Assembly: GCA_963702435.1 (NCBI GenBank)
Contig: CAVPCR010000002.1
Coordinates: 320,001-384,000 of the forward strand
Direction: 5' to 3'
Length of the DNA: 64,000 nt
Source of the DNA: Candidatus Eiseniibacteriota bacterium
Lineage (GTDB): Bacteria > Eisenbacteria > RBG-16-71-46 > CAVPCR01
The position numbers and the translations under genes are program-made. Below are positions 41,270-51,891 of the stretch, one piece after another. Under the pieces are notes generated by a model. It was not told the DNA's origin. It saw only the letters and a list, made by a program, of their open reading frames with translations, and made no database searches. Positions within the stretch are counted from its first letter, which is position 1. Every line of letters starts with the position of its first letter.

Positions 41270-42256
41270 CTAGGGGACCTCGACCCGATCGAGCACCCGG
41301 CCGGCGATGTCCTCCGCCGTCACCTCCTCGGCCTCCGCTTCGTAGGTGACGATGATGCGATGGCGGAGCACGTCGAGCGCGATCGCCTTCACGTCCTCGG
41401 GAGTCACGTAGCCGCGCCCGCGCAGGAAGGCGTGCGCCTTGGCCGCCTGGGCCAGGTAGATGGTGGCGCGCGGCGAAGCGCCGTAGGCGATGAGCGGTCG
41501 GAGGTCGAGTCCGTACCGCTCCGGCTCGCGCGTCGCGAAGACGATGTCGATCACGTAGCCCTTGATCTTCTCATCCACATAGACCGAGGCCGCCGCCTCG
41601 CGCGCGCGGAGGATGTCCGCGGGCGTGACCACCGGCTGGGGTGCGGGGATCGGGGCGCCGGTCATGCGATCGAGAATCTCGCGCTCCTCCTCGGGCGACG
41701 GATAGGTCACCTTGATCTTGAGCATGAAACGGTCGACCTGCGCCTCGGGCAACGGATAGGTCCCCTCCTGCTCGATCGGGTTCTGGGTGGCGAGCACGAG
41801 AAAGGGATCGGCCAGCGGATAGGAGCGATCGCCGATCGTCACCTGGTGCTCCTGCATCGCTTCGAGGAGGGCCGACTGCACCTTGGCCGGCGCGCGGTTG
41901 ATCTCGTCGGCGAGGATCAAGTTCGCGAAGATGGGACCGAGCCGCGGCGCAAAGGTGCCCTCGCGCGGGTTGTAGATCATGGTGCCGGTGAGATCCGCCG
42001 GGAGCAGATCGGGCGTGAACTGGATGCGCGAGAACTTGGCCTGGATGAGCTGGGCGAGGGTGCGCACGGCGAGTGTCTTGGCGAGCCCGGGCACGCCCTC
42101 GAGGAGCACATGGCCGCCGGTCAGGAGACCGACGAGGAGCCGCTCGACCATGCCGCGCTGGCCGACGATGACCCGCCCGACACCGGCCATCAGATCGTGG
42201 ACGAAGACGCTCTCCGCCCGTACCCGTTCGTTCAGGGCCTGGATTCCGGCCTCCAT
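41270..42256 (-). CDS. moxR: MoxR family AAA+ ATPase
   Basis: HVLLEGVPGLAKT, RIQFTPDLLPAD, ADEINRAPAKVQSALLEAM, ATQNPIEQEGTYPLPEAQ. Confidence 0.95.
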   Translation of the reverse strand: MEAGIQALNERVRAESVFVHDLMAGVGRVIVGQRGMVERLLVGLLTGGHVLLEGVPGLAKTLAVRTLAQLIQAKFSRIQFTPDLLPADLTGTMIYNPREGTFAPRLGPIFANLILADEINRAPAKVQSALLEAMQEHQVTIGDRSYPLADPFLVLATQNPIEQEGTYPLPEAQVDRFMLKIKVTYPSPEEEREILDRMTGAPIPAPQPVVTPADILRAREAAASVYVDEKIKGYVIDIVFATREPERYGLDLRPLIAYGASPRATIYLAQAAKAHAFLRGRGYVTPEDVKAIALDVLRHRIIVTYEAEAEEVTAEDIAGRVLDRVEVP

Positions 42257-42445
42257 CGTGCGCTTCTCCTCCCGATGCTCGGGCATCGGCCCGCGTGGCC
42301 CCCGCGCCCCGTCCGCGCCGGGGCAGAACCAAGCACCCCGGCACGACCCGGCGCCGGGGGGCGACGGCGGATTATACATACCCCGGGGCGGCCCCCGCGG
42401 GCGAAGTCTCTTGACCGGGGCTCTCCCCCCGGTGACCCTCTGCCC

Positions 42446-43858
42446 ATGTCGACACCCGCCCGGACGGTCCTCGCCGGCACCGCCCTCGTCCTCCTCGCGC
42501 TCGCCGCCGCCGAGGCCGGGGACGTGAACGAGGAGACGGTCGTGGTCGAGCTGGGACCGCAAGTCCTCACCGCCGCCGACATTCTCGCGCACGCGGATCG
42601 GCTCGCGCCGGCGGCGCCGAGCGGGGATCCGCTCGCCGACGGCAAGAAGCTGATCGAACCCGTCGTTCAAGCGCGACTCCTCGTCATCGAGGCGGTCGCG
42701 CGCGGCTACGACGATGAGCGGCTCCGCCGCCAGCTCGATCGCCTCGAACGCGACCGCCTGGTCGCCGCCCTCGAGGAGGTCGAGATCAGGGACCGTCTCG
42801 TCCTCGACGAGGCGGCCGTGGCCACGGCGGTCGAGCGCCGGTCGCGCGTGCTCCATCTCCACTACCTCGCGACGGCGACGCGCGCGGGCGCCGATTCGCT
42901 CCTCGACCGGATCCGGGCCGGCGAGAGCTTCGCCGACCTCGCGCGCGCCCACTCGATCGACACGCGCACGAGCGCGGCGGGTGGCGCGCTCGACCCGGTC
43001 ACCTGGGGGACGCTGCCGCCGGCGCTCGAGGAGGTCGCCTACGCGCTCACGCCCGGCGCGCTCGGCGGCCCCTTCGCCTACGGCGACCGCTGGCACGTGG
43101 TGCGCCTCGATTCAGTCACGCCGGATCCGGCCCCGCGCGATTCGCTCGAGACCCTGGTCCGGGAGACCCTGCGCGATGCCCGGTTCAGCCGGGGACAGGT
43201 CGCCTTCCTCGCCGCCATGAAGGACAGCCTCCACTACGCGGTGGACGACTCGGTGGTTCGGGTCTTCCTCGACCGGATGGCGGCCTGGGTGGCCGCGGGG
43301 GCTCCCGACTCCGCCCGCACCCCGGGCGCGGACCGCTTCGGGTTCGGCGCGGGCGAGCGCGCGCTCGCGATCTTCACCTATGACGGCGGGGCGTTCACGA
43401 TCGGCGACTACGCGGACTACATGGCCGGGGAGCCCGGTGCGAACGTGCGGCCGCGGGCCGAGCGAGGCCGGGTGGACCGGGACCTCGACCAGTACTTCCG
43501 CCACCATGCCTATGCCGACCTCGCGCGCGAGCGCGGCTATCTCGAGCTCACCGGCTTCGCGCGCGAGCGAGCGCGGCTCCGCGAGCGGGTCCTGATCCAG
43601 CGGATGTACGAGGCGGAGGTGGCGCTGCCGGCGCCGCCCGACTCGACGGCGCTCCGCGCGTTCTACGAGGCACATCCAGAACGCTACAGGGGGAGCGCCG
43701 GCGGTGCGCCGGCGCCGTTCCCCGCGGTCGAGGCGGATGTTCGCCGGGACTGGGTGGCGACCCGCGAGGAAGAGCGCTATGCCGACCTCATCGCCGAGCT
43801 GAAACGCCGCTACCCGATCGTCTACCACGACCAGGCGCTCCTCCGGCTCCCGCTCTGA
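42446..43858 (+). CDS. PpiC/parvulin-type peptidyl-prolyl isomerase (SurA/PrsA-like)
   Basis: Signal peptide; GESFADLARAHSID...GGAL...LEEVAYALTPGALGGP...WHVVRL. Confidence 0.82.
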   Translation: MSTPARTVLAGTALVLLALAAAEAGDVNEETVVVELGPQVLTAADILAHADRLAPAAPSGDPLADGKKLIEPVVQARLLVIEAVARGYDDERLRRQLDRLERDRLVAALEEVEIRDRLVLDEAAVATAVERRSRVLHLHYLATATRAGADSLLDRIRAGESFADLARAHSIDTRTSAAGGALDPVTWGTLPPALEEVAYALTPGALGGPFAYGDRWHVVRLDSVTPDPAPRDSLETLVRETLRDARFSRGQVAFLAAMKDSLHYAVDDSVVRVFLDRMAAWVAAGAPDSARTPGADRFGFGAGERALAIFTYDGGAFTIGDYADYMAGEPGANVRPRAERGRVDRDLDQYFRHHAYADLARERGYLELTGFARERARLRERVLIQRMYEAEVALPAPPDSTALRAFYEAHPERYRGSAGGAPAPFPAVEADVRRDWVATREEERYADLIAELKRRYPIVYHDQALLRLPL

Positions 43859-43917
43859 CGCGCGCGGCGGCCGCCATCACGCGCGCGGCGCCGCCAGCAC
43901 GCGCGCGGCGGCCGCCT
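43858..43917. repeat. Short GC-rich tandem repeat (ACGCGCGCGGCG...CCGCC) x3
   Basis: Visible just after the PpiC stop, between convergent genes. Confidence 0.7.
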
Positions 43918-44087
43918 GCCCAAGCACGAAGCGCGGGCCGCTTGGCCCGCGCTTCGCTTGTTCGCGCCCGCCCCGGCGCGCCGGCGCCGGGGACGGGGTC
44001 ACCTGGGGTTGGGACCGGCCAGACGCCGCGCGGGACGCGCGGCCGACCGGCCCACCCCGTGTTCTCATGCGCCGCCGTGCGCGGCGT

Positions 44088-44318
44088 CTACTCGACGAGA
44101 CGGAAGCCGTAGAGGAGGCCACGTTGCCTCGGATCGCACGCCTGGCCGGTCGTCCCCAGATCCAGGAGGCGGCCGGCTACGCCGATCCCGCAACCGAGTT
44201 GGTCACCCCGCATGCTGATGCAGACCCGCGGGCGAGCGCGATCAGCACGATGACCGCACCACGCTCGCGCCGGTGGCCTGAGCGCCGTCGGTGCCTGCTC
44301 CGAAGTGCGTTCGTTCAT
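44088..44318 (-). pseudogene. Collapsed TadG-like pseudopilin remnant
   Basis: RBS and ATG. The +1 frame encodes RRERGAVIVLIALA (Tad prepilin-like motif); the ATG frame ends ...GLLYGFRLVE*. The middle of the gene is absent. Confidence 0.65.
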
Positions 44319-44353
44319 TGCGACCTCGTCGTCCACGGCCCTGACCGCCGGCT

Positions 44354-44791
44354 TCAGAGCGTCTCGCGGCGCATGACCGCCACGCCGCGCAGGGTGATCG
44401 TCCCGGCGAAGGAGTCGAGGATCGTGCCCGCGAGCACATCGAAGTCGCTGCGCACGGTGACCCGCACAGTCCGCTCGGCCTTGCCGAGCGGGCCCTCGAC
44501 CGTGATCCCGCTCGGAGTCACCGCCGCCGCCGTGAGCACCTCGTTGACCCGGGTCGTGACCAGGGCGACATCGGGGGCCGTGACCGCCGCGATCCGCGCC
44601 CCCTCCCGCGCCGCGGCGTTCAGGGTCGCCGTGGTCGCGATCGCCCGCCCCACCTCTGTGATGCCGAAGAGCACGAGGAGAAGGAGCGGCAAGAGGAGCG
44701 CCATCTCGATCATGGCGCTGCCGCTCGTGCCGCAGGCGCGGCGCGGGCCGCCGTCGAGTCGAGTAGGCCTCTGCATCGGAACGTCCATCAC
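44354..44791 (-). CDS. tadE: TadE/TadF-like pseudopilin
   Basis: GSAMIEMALLLPLLLLVLFGITEVG...AAAREGAR. Confidence 0.9.
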   Translation of the reverse strand: MMDVPMQRPTRLDGGPRRACGTSGSAMIEMALLLPLLLLVLFGITEVGRAIATTATLNAAAREGARIAAVTAPDVALVTTRVNEVLTAAAVTPSGITVEGPLGKAERTVRVTVRSDFDVLAGTILDSFAGTITLRGVAVMRRETL

Positions 44792-44854
44792 CGGCGGGGT
44801 TGCCCCGGACTGTCACCCGCCCGTGCCGCCCGCGCGCGGATGCTGCGGCAACGG

Positions 44855-45775
44855 CTACCGCTCGACCACCTCGCGGAGCGTGTTCCAGAGCCGAATGCCG
44901 GCCGGCCCCAGGATCACGACCAGGAGCTCGGGGAAGATGAAGAAGACCAGCGGGAAGATGAGCTTGATCGTCGCCGCCCGCGCCTTCTCCTCGGCCCGCT
45001 GCCGCCGCTTCTGGCGCAGCGAATCCGCGTGCACCCGGAGCGAGCGCGCGATCGAGCTACCCAGCCGATCGGTCTGCACGAACATGGCGACCAGCGACTG
45101 GAGGTCCGGGAGGGGCACGCGCCCGGCGAAGCTGCGGAGCGCCACGTTCCGCGGCACGCCGGCCCGCATCTCCTGGTTCAAGAGGGCGAGCTCCTCGGAG
45201 AGTGGCGGGCAGTTCCAGCGGATCTCGCGCCCCACGCGCACGAGCGCGGCGTTCAGGCCGAGCCCTGCCTCGACGCAGACGACGAGGAGATCGAGCGCAT
45301 CGGGCAACGCAAGGCGGATCGCATCGCGCCGGCGCGACGCCTTGGCCCACACCCAGATGGACGGCGCCTGGAACCCGACGACGCCGCCGATGAGCGCACA
45401 GAGCGCCTGCTGCGACGACGTGTAATGCAGGACCACGCCCGCCTCGTAGCCGAGGAGAGCGGCCACCGCCGCGCCTACGACCTTGCTGCCGATGAACGCG
45501 GGGACCGTGTCGTGACCGTAGAGCCCCGCGCCGGCCAGTTGCTCGCGGAGGCCGCGCCCCTTGAGCGAGCCCGGCGCGAGCGTCGCGGCGAACACCAGGA
45601 TGCGCGTGAGCGGGCCCGCCTTCGGGGCGGCCGCCACCGCGGCGCTCTCCCCCGGGGCCAGCTCGCGCAGACGGCGTTCGACGACCTCGCTCCGCCGCGA
45701 GGCCATCGCGTAGTAGGCGAGCGCGGCAAGGACGCAGGCAGCGCCCATGAAGGTCAGGCTGAAGATCAGATTCAT
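44855..45775 (-). CDS. tadC: Tad inner-membrane platform protein TadC
   Basis: LPDALDLLVVCVEAGLGLNAAL, QTDRLGSSI, KLIFPLVFFIFP. Confidence 0.92.
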   Translation of the reverse strand: MNLIFSLTFMGAACVLAALAYYAMASRRSEVVERRLRELAPGESAAVAAAPKAGPLTRILVFAATLAPGSLKGRGLREQLAGAGLYGHDTVPAFIGSKVVGAAVAALLGYEAGVVLHYTSSQQALCALIGGVVGFQAPSIWVWAKASRRRDAIRLALPDALDLLVVCVEAGLGLNAALVRVGREIRWNCPPLSEELALLNQEMRAGVPRNVALRSFAGRVPLPDLQSLVAMFVQTDRLGSSIARSLRVHADSLRQKRRQRAEEKARAATIKLIFPLVFFIFPELLVVILGPAGIRLWNTLREVVER

Positions 45776-45798
45776 CGTTCGCTCTCCCACCCCACCGG

Positions 45799-46758
45799 CT
45801 AGACCTTGAAGTTCACGATCTTCCTGATGGTGAGAAACCCAATGACCTGGAGCGCCACCGCCACCGTGATGAGGACCGAGCCGAACGGATCGTTGAACAG
45901 GTCATCCATGTACCCGGGGCTGATGATCGAGATGATGATGCCGAGAAAGATGGGCAGGAGGGCCAGGATGAAGCCGGAGAGCCGCCCCTGCGCCGTGAAG
46001 GTCCGGACGTCGCCCAGGATGCGGAAGCGGTCGCGGATGACGTAGGCGATCTTCTCCAGCACCTCGGCCAGGTTGCCGCCGGTGTCGCGCTGGATCATCA
46101 CTGCGGTTGCGAAGATCGCAGCGTCGGTCGAGGTGTTGCGGTCGGCGAAGTTGAGCATCGCCTGGCGGATGTCGAGACCGAGCTTCTGCTCTTCGAAGAG
46201 GATGCGGAACTCGGTGGCTACCGGCTCCGGCGCCTCCTCGGCCACCATCTGAATGGCGCCGCCGAGGGCGAAGCCGGCGCGCAGCGCGTTCACGATCATG
46301 TCCAGCGCGTCGGGGAACTGCTCGCTGAAGAGCTTCATCCGCCGCGACCGCTTCGAGAGCACGACCACGAGCGGGATCAGACCGGCGCCGGTGAAGATGA
46401 GCAGCGCGAGCGCCGCCTCGTGCAGGAGGAGCATGGCCGCGTAGCCGGCCACCGTCCCCGCGACGAGGCTCAGGAAGAAGAAGTTGCTGACCTTGAGCGA
46501 CATGCCGGCCTGGGCGAGCAGCTGCTCCACCTTGCGCGCCATGTGCAGCTGGCTCAAAACGCGGTTGACGGGCCCGATCGAGCTCATCCGCTCCTGGCGG
46601 AAGATGGTCGCGTCGAGGGCGTCGGCCGGCGCCACGTCCCCGCCTAGCCGGCGGCGGATCGCCTCCTCGCGCGTGTTCTTGCCGAGCGCGGAGAAGGCGA
46701 CCACCAGGAAGACGATGGCCAGAAAGACAAGCGTCCCGGTCAGGATGACCAACATCAC
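45799..46758 (-). CDS. tadB: Tad inner-membrane platform protein TadB
   Basis: QFPDALDMIVNALRAG, IQRDTGGNLAEVL, TAQGRLSG. Confidence 0.92.
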   Translation of the reverse strand: MMLVILTGTLVFLAIVFLVVAFSALGKNTREEAIRRRLGGDVAPADALDATIFRQERMSSIGPVNRVLSQLHMARKVEQLLAQAGMSLKVSNFFFLSLVAGTVAGYAAMLLLHEAALALLIFTGAGLIPLVVVLSKRSRRMKLFSEQFPDALDMIVNALRAGFALGGAIQMVAEEAPEPVATEFRILFEEQKLGLDIRQAMLNFADRNTSTDAAIFATAVMIQRDTGGNLAEVLEKIAYVIRDRFRILGDVRTFTAQGRLSGFILALLPIFLGIIISIISPGYMDDLFNDPFGSVLITVAVALQVIGFLTIRKIVNFKV

Positions 46759-48161
46759 CCGATCTCCCCGTGATAGGCGAAGGTCGCGGCGTCGAGCCGC
46801 ACCCCGGCGGTCTTGAGCCGCTCCATGAGCACCGGCCGCACGCCGAGCGCCACATGCCGCCCGATCACCTTGCCATCCTCGCCGATCCCTTGCTTGTGGA
46901 AGCCGAAGATGTCCTGCGTGGTCACCACGTCGCCCTCCATGCCCACCACCTCGCTGATGTTGGTGACCCGGCGGGTGCCGTCCGAGAGGCGGCTCACGTG
47001 AATCAGAAGCTCGAGGGCGGAAGCCACCTGCTCGCGAATGGCGCGATCCGGGATCTGGAAGCCGGAGAGCATGACGAGTGTCTCCAGCCGGGAGAGAGCA
47101 TCACGGGTCGAGTTGGCATGGAGGGTGGTGATCGACCCGTCGTGGCCCGTGTTCATCGCCTGCATCATGTCGAGCGCCTCGTCGCCGCGCACCTCGCCGA
47201 CGATGATGCGGTCGGGGCGCATGCGGAGGGCGTTGCGCACCAGGTCGCGCTGGGTCACCCGCCCCTGCCCCTCGATGTTCGGCGGGCGGGTCTCCAGCCG
47301 GACGACGTGCGGTTGCAGGAGCTGGAGCTCGGCCGAGTCCTCGATGGTGACGATACGCTCGTCGGACGGCACGTAGGCCGACAAGGCGTTCAGGAGCGTG
47401 GTCTTCCCGGAGCCCGTGCCGCCCGAGATCAGGATGTTGACCCGGGCCCGCACCGCCCCCTCGATGAACTCCGCCATCGCCGGGGTCATGGTGCCGAACT
47501 CGAGGAGATTCTGCATGTCGAAGGTGCGGGTGCCGAAACGGCGGATCGAGAGCATGGGACCGTCGAGCGCGAGGGGCGGGATGATCGCGTTCACGCGCGA
47601 GCCGTCCTCGAGGCGGGCGTCCACCATCGGCGAGGCCTCGTCGATGTGGCGGCCCACCTGGGACACGATGCGCTCGATGATCTGCATCACGTGCTGGTCG
47701 TCGCGGAACGTGGTCTCGGTGAGCTCGAGCTTGCCGCTCCGTTCGATGTAGACCTGCTTCGGCCCGTTGACCAGGATGTCCGATATGTGCGGATCGCGCA
47801 CGTAGGTCTGGATCGGACCGAGCCCCAGCATCTCGTCCTCGATGCTCTCGAGGATCTGGGCGCGCGTCGAGTCGTTGAGATCGAGGTTCATCTCGTTGAT
47901 GAGGACCTCGACCACGTGGCGGATTTGCCGGCGGAGGTCGTCCTTCGACATCTCTCCCACGCGGAGGAAGTTGAGCCGCTCGAGGATGGCGCCGCGCAGC
48001 CGCTCGAGGAGCGGGTCGAACACCGCCATCTTCTCGCGCTCGCGGGCCGCATCGCGCCCCCGATCCCGGTCCTTGTTCACCGCGAGCGCGCTCTCGGTCG
48101 CTGCCGGCTTCTCTTCGGGACGCGGCTTGCCGCGCAACGCTAGTCGATCCTTGAGAGCCAT
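46755..48161 (-). CDS. cpaF: Tad pilus ATPase TadA/CpaF
   Basis: [44 protein letters not shown]. Confidence 0.95.
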   Translation of the reverse strand: MALKDRLALRGKPRPEEKPAATESALAVNKDRDRGRDAAREREKMAVFDPLLERLRGAILERLNFLRVGEMSKDDLRRQIRHVVEVLINEMNLDLNDSTRAQILESIEDEMLGLGPIQTYVRDPHISDILVNGPKQVYIERSGKLELTETTFRDDQHVMQIIERIVSQVGRHIDEASPMVDARLEDGSRVNAIIPPLALDGPMLSIRRFGTRTFDMQNLLEFGTMTPAMAEFIEGAVRARVNILISGGTGSGKTTLLNALSAYVPSDERIVTIEDSAELQLLQPHVVRLETRPPNIEGQGRVTQRDLVRNALRMRPDRIIVGEVRGDEALDMMQAMNTGHDGSITTLHANSTRDALSRLETLVMLSGFQIPDRAIREQVASALELLIHVSRLSDGTRRVTNISEVVGMEGDVVTTQDIFGFHKQGIGEDGKVIGRHVALGVRPVLMERLKTAGVRLDAATFAYHGEIG

Positions 48162-48164
48162 GTC

Positions 48165-49484
48165 TTACTCCCTTCCCTTGGTCCCGGTGGGGCCGAAGGC
48201 CGAGATGATGCGGCGGAAGCCGCCCGTGCGCTCCTCGCTCCGCGCGTCGGCCGCGACGTCGCTCGTGCCCACCGCGGGCTCGGCGGTCGCCGTGCCCGCG
48301 GTCCAGGCCGCCGCCGATGCGGCGCCGAGGCGCACGCCGGTACGGCCGGCTGGAGCGGCTGCGGCGATCGCCCGCGCCATGGCGACCAGATCGTTCGCCG
48401 CGCGGCTCTTCCGCTTGCCCTCGACGATCGGCACGCCGGTGTCGATGGCGTCAATCGCCGACGGGTAGTCGTTGACCACATGGAACCCGAGCTTCTGGCC
48501 GAGGCTGCGCTCGACGTCCTCAGGAGTGACCCCCTCGCCCTTCGACACCCGGTTGGCCACGAGCTTGATGCGGCCGTCCTGGTAGCCGAGGCGGCCGAGG
48601 AGATCGATGGCCCGGCCGGCGTTGCGGAGCGCCGCCACGTTGAGCTGGGTGACAAGCAGGATGCGGTCGGCGCGATCGAGCAACTCGATCCGCCGCTCGT
48701 CGAGCCCGTGCCCGGCGTCCACCACCACCTGGCGGAAGGCCGCGCGGCAGAGGTTCAGGACCTTGCCGATGTCCTCGGGCAGGATCTCCTCGAGTTCCTC
48801 GAGCTTCTGCGGCCCGGCCAGCATGTAGAGCCCGGTGCGGTGTCGCGGCATGAACTGCCGGAGGCTGTCCGCATCGAGCCCTTCGGTCGCCCTCCGCAGG
48901 TCGAGGTAGGTGCGCTCCGGCGCCACATCGAGGAAGCAGGGCACCGAGCCCATGTCGAAGTCGAAGTCGATGAGGACGATGGGGCCGAGATCGCCGGCGG
49001 CGGCCATGGCCACCGCCACGTTGGTGGCGATCGTGGTCGTGCCGACGCCGCCGCTCACGCCGAGCACGACGCTCACCTGCCCACGCGCGCCCTGCGCCTT
49101 GAGCCGCTGGGCCTTCTGCTGCACGGCGTGTTCGAGCGCCTGCTGCAGCTGGCAGGGATCGAGCGGGCGGGCGATCAGATCCTGGGCCCCGGCCCGCATC
49201 GCGCGCCGCATGACCTCCGGGCGGATGGCCAGGGTGGTCATCACCACCGCGGCGTCCGGCTGCTCGACGCGGAGCCACTCGGCGAGCGCGAAGGCGTCCT
49301 CGGCGCGCTCGCCGAGCTCGAGAAGGATCATGTCCGGGCGCCGCTCGGTGGCGAGCCGCCGTCCGCTCGCCGCGTCCCGGGCCTCGCCTGCCACCTCGAC
49401 CTCGCTGTGCCCCTGGACCATGCTGCGGATGGACTGCCGCACAGTCTCGTCGGCGTCGATGATGAGGACTTTCAGATCCACCAT
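48165..49484 (-). CDS. cpaE: CpaE/TadZ (receiver-like domain + MinD/ParA-like ATPase)
   Basis: N-terminal REC-like domain (AMRAGAQDLI), GVSGGVGTTTIATN, LVANR. Confidence 0.88.
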   Translation of the reverse strand: MVDLKVLIIDADETVRQSIRSMVQGHSEVEVAGEARDAASGRRLATERRPDMILLELGERAEDAFALAEWLRVEQPDAAVVMTTLAIRPEVMRRAMRAGAQDLIARPLDPCQLQQALEHAVQQKAQRLKAQGARGQVSVVLGVSGGVGTTTIATNVAVAMAAAGDLGPIVLIDFDFDMGSVPCFLDVAPERTYLDLRRATEGLDADSLRQFMPRHRTGLYMLAGPQKLEELEEILPEDIGKVLNLCRAAFRQVVVDAGHGLDERRIELLDRADRILLVTQLNVAALRNAGRAIDLLGRLGYQDGRIKLVANRVSKGEGVTPEDVERSLGQKLGFHVVNDYPSAIDAIDTGVPIVEGKRKSRAANDLVAMARAIAAAAPAGRTGVRLGAASAAAWTAGTATAEPAVGTSDVAADARSEERTGGFRRIISAFGPTGTKGRE

Positions 49485-49525
49485 GGCACCTCGACCCTTC
49501 CCGTGGTTGCTCCGGCCCTACGGCC

Positions 49526-50680
49526 TTAGCCCTTCTCTCCGTCCTTGTCGCACGGCAGCGGCGGCAGATCCTTGCACGGGAACTCCGGCTCCTGGCTCTG
49601 CAGGAGCGGCTTCACGATCTTCGGCGACACGACGATCATGAGCTCGGTCGTCTCCGTCTGATTCGAGATGCTCCGGAACAGGTAGCCGAGGAGCGGGATG
49701 TCTCCGAGGATCGGCACCTTGTCTTCGATCTTCCGCTCGGCCTGCGACTGGAGACCGCCGATCACGAAGCTCTCGTTCTCGCGGAGCTCCACCTCGGTGC
49801 CCGCCCGCCGGGTACGGAGCGCCGGCACCACATAGCCGCCGATGACGACCGCATTGGTGTAGTCGAGGATCGAGACCTCGGGCTCCACATACAGGTGGAC
49901 GAGGTTCGAGTCGACGATGGTCGGCTTGAAGTTCAGGCGGGTCCCGAACTCCTTCCACTCGACCGTCACCGTGGTCCCGCCGGCCGAGGAGGTCTGGGCC
50001 ACCGGCACCGGGAGCTCGCCGCCCGCGAGGAAGCTTGCCTCCTTGCCGTCGACGCAGATCAGATTGGGGCGGGCGAGCACATTGATGAACCCCTTCTGCT
50101 CGAGCGCGTGCAGGATCATCTCGTACTGATCGCTGCCCTTGATCCAGCGCAACACGATCTCCGAGTTGTCCGGGTACTCGGGCAGGGTGCCGGCCGAGAG
50201 CGGGATCGCCGGCTTGCCGACGTTCCCGGGATAGACCCCGGCCGCGCGGTCATCGCGCGGGCCCTCGAACGCACGGACCAGGTAGTCGATCCCGTACTCG
50301 GTGAGCTTCGAGTTGTCGATCTCGGCAACCCGCACGTTGAGCTGGACCTGCTTGGGTGCCACCCCGCGCTGGACGACGAGGTCGTAGGCGCGGTGGCTGC
50401 CGCCCTGCGTCCACACCACGAGAGAGGTTATCCCCTCCTTCTTACCGTGGATCAGGACCTGGGTCTTGGCGGCGACCACGAAGTCGGCGATCTCGGTGTC
50501 GGTGATCGACACGGTCTCGACCGGGAGGCCGAGCTCGAGGAGCAGCGACTTCTTGAGCGCAACCGTGAGCTTGTCGGGGGGTGCCCCCGCGACGACAGCA
50601 GCCTGGGCGGCGATGACCGCGCCGAGGAGGAGCGCGCAGGCGAGACGACGCACCGCGTGCGCCTTGGTCATGGTTCTCAT
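49526..50680 (-). CDS. cpaC: Tad secretin CpaC/RcpA
   Basis: QVQLNVRVAE, VLARPNL, ASFLAGGELPVP, KVPILGDIPLLGYLFRS. Confidence 0.92.
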   Translation of the reverse strand: MRTMTKAHAVRRLACALLLGAVIAAQAAVVAGAPPDKLTVALKKSLLLELGLPVETVSITDTEIADFVVAAKTQVLIHGKKEGITSLVVWTQGGSHRAYDLVVQRGVAPKQVQLNVRVAEIDNSKLTEYGIDYLVRAFEGPRDDRAAGVYPGNVGKPAIPLSAGTLPEYPDNSEIVLRWIKGSDQYEMILHALEQKGFINVLARPNLICVDGKEASFLAGGELPVPVAQTSSAGGTTVTVEWKEFGTRLNFKPTIVDSNLVHLYVEPEVSILDYTNAVVIGGYVVPALRTRRAGTEVELRENESFVIGGLQSQAERKIEDKVPILGDIPLLGYLFRSISNQTETTELMIVVSPKIVKPLLQSQEPEFPCKDLPPLPCDKDGEKG

Positions 50681-50791
50681 GAGGAGGCCCTCTGAATGCG
50701 GCGGGTGGCCGCGGTCACGATTCCTTATGACTTGAAGCATCTGCTGCAAAGCCGGCCGGCGGCTGGACGGAGCCGCCCGCCGGTATGACGG

Positions 50792-51715
50792 TCAGTCGCC
50801 CTTGACGTCCGTCTTGGGCTGCATCGCCGGTTCCTGTTCCTCGACCTTCACACCCTTGATCGAAGTCACCGTGTGCTTCTCGGTCGGCACCTTGACCTCG
50901 GCGACGGGCGCCGGCTTCGGCTCCTCGCGCTTGCGCGCGACAGGCCTCGGCTCCGGCTTGGCGGACCGATCGCCGAGCATCTCGTTCGTCGAGAGCGACT
51001 TGATCTGGGCGATCTCCTGGTCCGCCGGGTTGCGGAGCACGAGGTGGAGCTTGCCCTCGTGCAAGGCGAGAGCGAGCTTCTCGGCGCCTTCCGGATCGAC
51101 GAGCAGGGTCACCGACTGCACCTTGATCGGCTCGTCGCCCTTCTGCTCGGTCTTCTGGCCGGCCGCCAGCACCTCGATGTTCTGGAGAATGGTGCGGGTC
51201 ACCGCGTCCTTCTGCTGCTGCGAGCGGTCGATGACGACCAGCACGTCAACGCGGTCGCCGGGGAGCACGAACCCGCTCACCCCGGACGCTATGTTCACGT
51301 TCATGCTCGTGGCTCGCATGTTGACCGGGATGCGGACCGAGAGCCCGCCGCCGATCGAGGACAGCTTGATGGCGAGGACAGGTTCGCCGGCGGTGAGGAA
51401 CACCTTCGTGGTCTGCCCGATCAGCGAATCCGGACTCGAGTAGGCGCCGACCGGAATGCTCTCCTTCGGGTAGGGGACGACCTTGACATGCTCGGGGTCG
51501 ATGACCGTGCCGAAGGTGATATCCGAGGTCGCCACCACGACGGGCACCGTGGCGATGGCCTGCCCGCTCGTCGAGCCGGCCTGGCGGAGATAGATCAGGG
51601 TCGTCGCGCCGCCGAGGAGGCCAAAGAGGATGGCCAGAACCAGGGCGACGACACCACCTCTGTGGCGCACAGGAATCCTCCCGGCCGCTTCACGGCCGCG
51701 CACTCGCCCGGACAC
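50792..51715 (-). CDS. cpaB: Flp pilus assembly protein CpaB/RcpC
   Basis: SAF domain (VVVATSDITFGT), GVSGFVLPGDRVDVLV, VTLLVDPEGAEKL. Start uncertain. Confidence 0.92.
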   Translation of the reverse strand: MSGRVRGREAAGRIPVRHRGGVVALVLAILFGLLGGATTLIYLRQAGSTSGQAIATVPVVVATSDITFGTVIDPEHVKVVPYPKESIPVGAYSSPDSLIGQTTKVFLTAGEPVLAIKLSSIGGGLSVRIPVNMRATSMNVNIASGVSGFVLPGDRVDVLVVIDRSQQQKDAVTRTILQNIEVLAAGQKTEQKGDEPIKVQSVTLLVDPEGAEKLALALHEGKLHLVLRNPADQEIAQIKSLSTNEMLGDRSAKPEPRPVARKREEPKPAPVAEVKVPTEKHTVTSIKGVKVEEQEPAMQPKTDVKGD

Positions 51716-51891
51716 GCTGCGCGCGCCCCCGGGATCGGGGCCCCGGTTGCGCGTGCCAGATCCGGAGTCTCAACGGAGCACGCTTGCTGCGGGCTCAGGA
51801 CTCCCACGCTTTTCGCGGGCGTCCCTACCCGGTCTTTCGTGACTCGTTCGTAGTGTCGGCAGCCCCGCTCGCGTCCTTTGGCCTTTTGGGG

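Noticed and set aside
41012..43858. Apparent giant fusions in the ORF track (948-aa PpiC, 1311-aa PurL, 1040-aa PurQ, 912-aa BatB)
   Set aside because: These are upstream extensions through neighbouring genes; internal starts give normal-length proteins.
43858..43917. GC-rich triple repeat as CRISPR or an att site
   Set aside because: Contiguous short units without spacers; no integrase or tRNA nearby.
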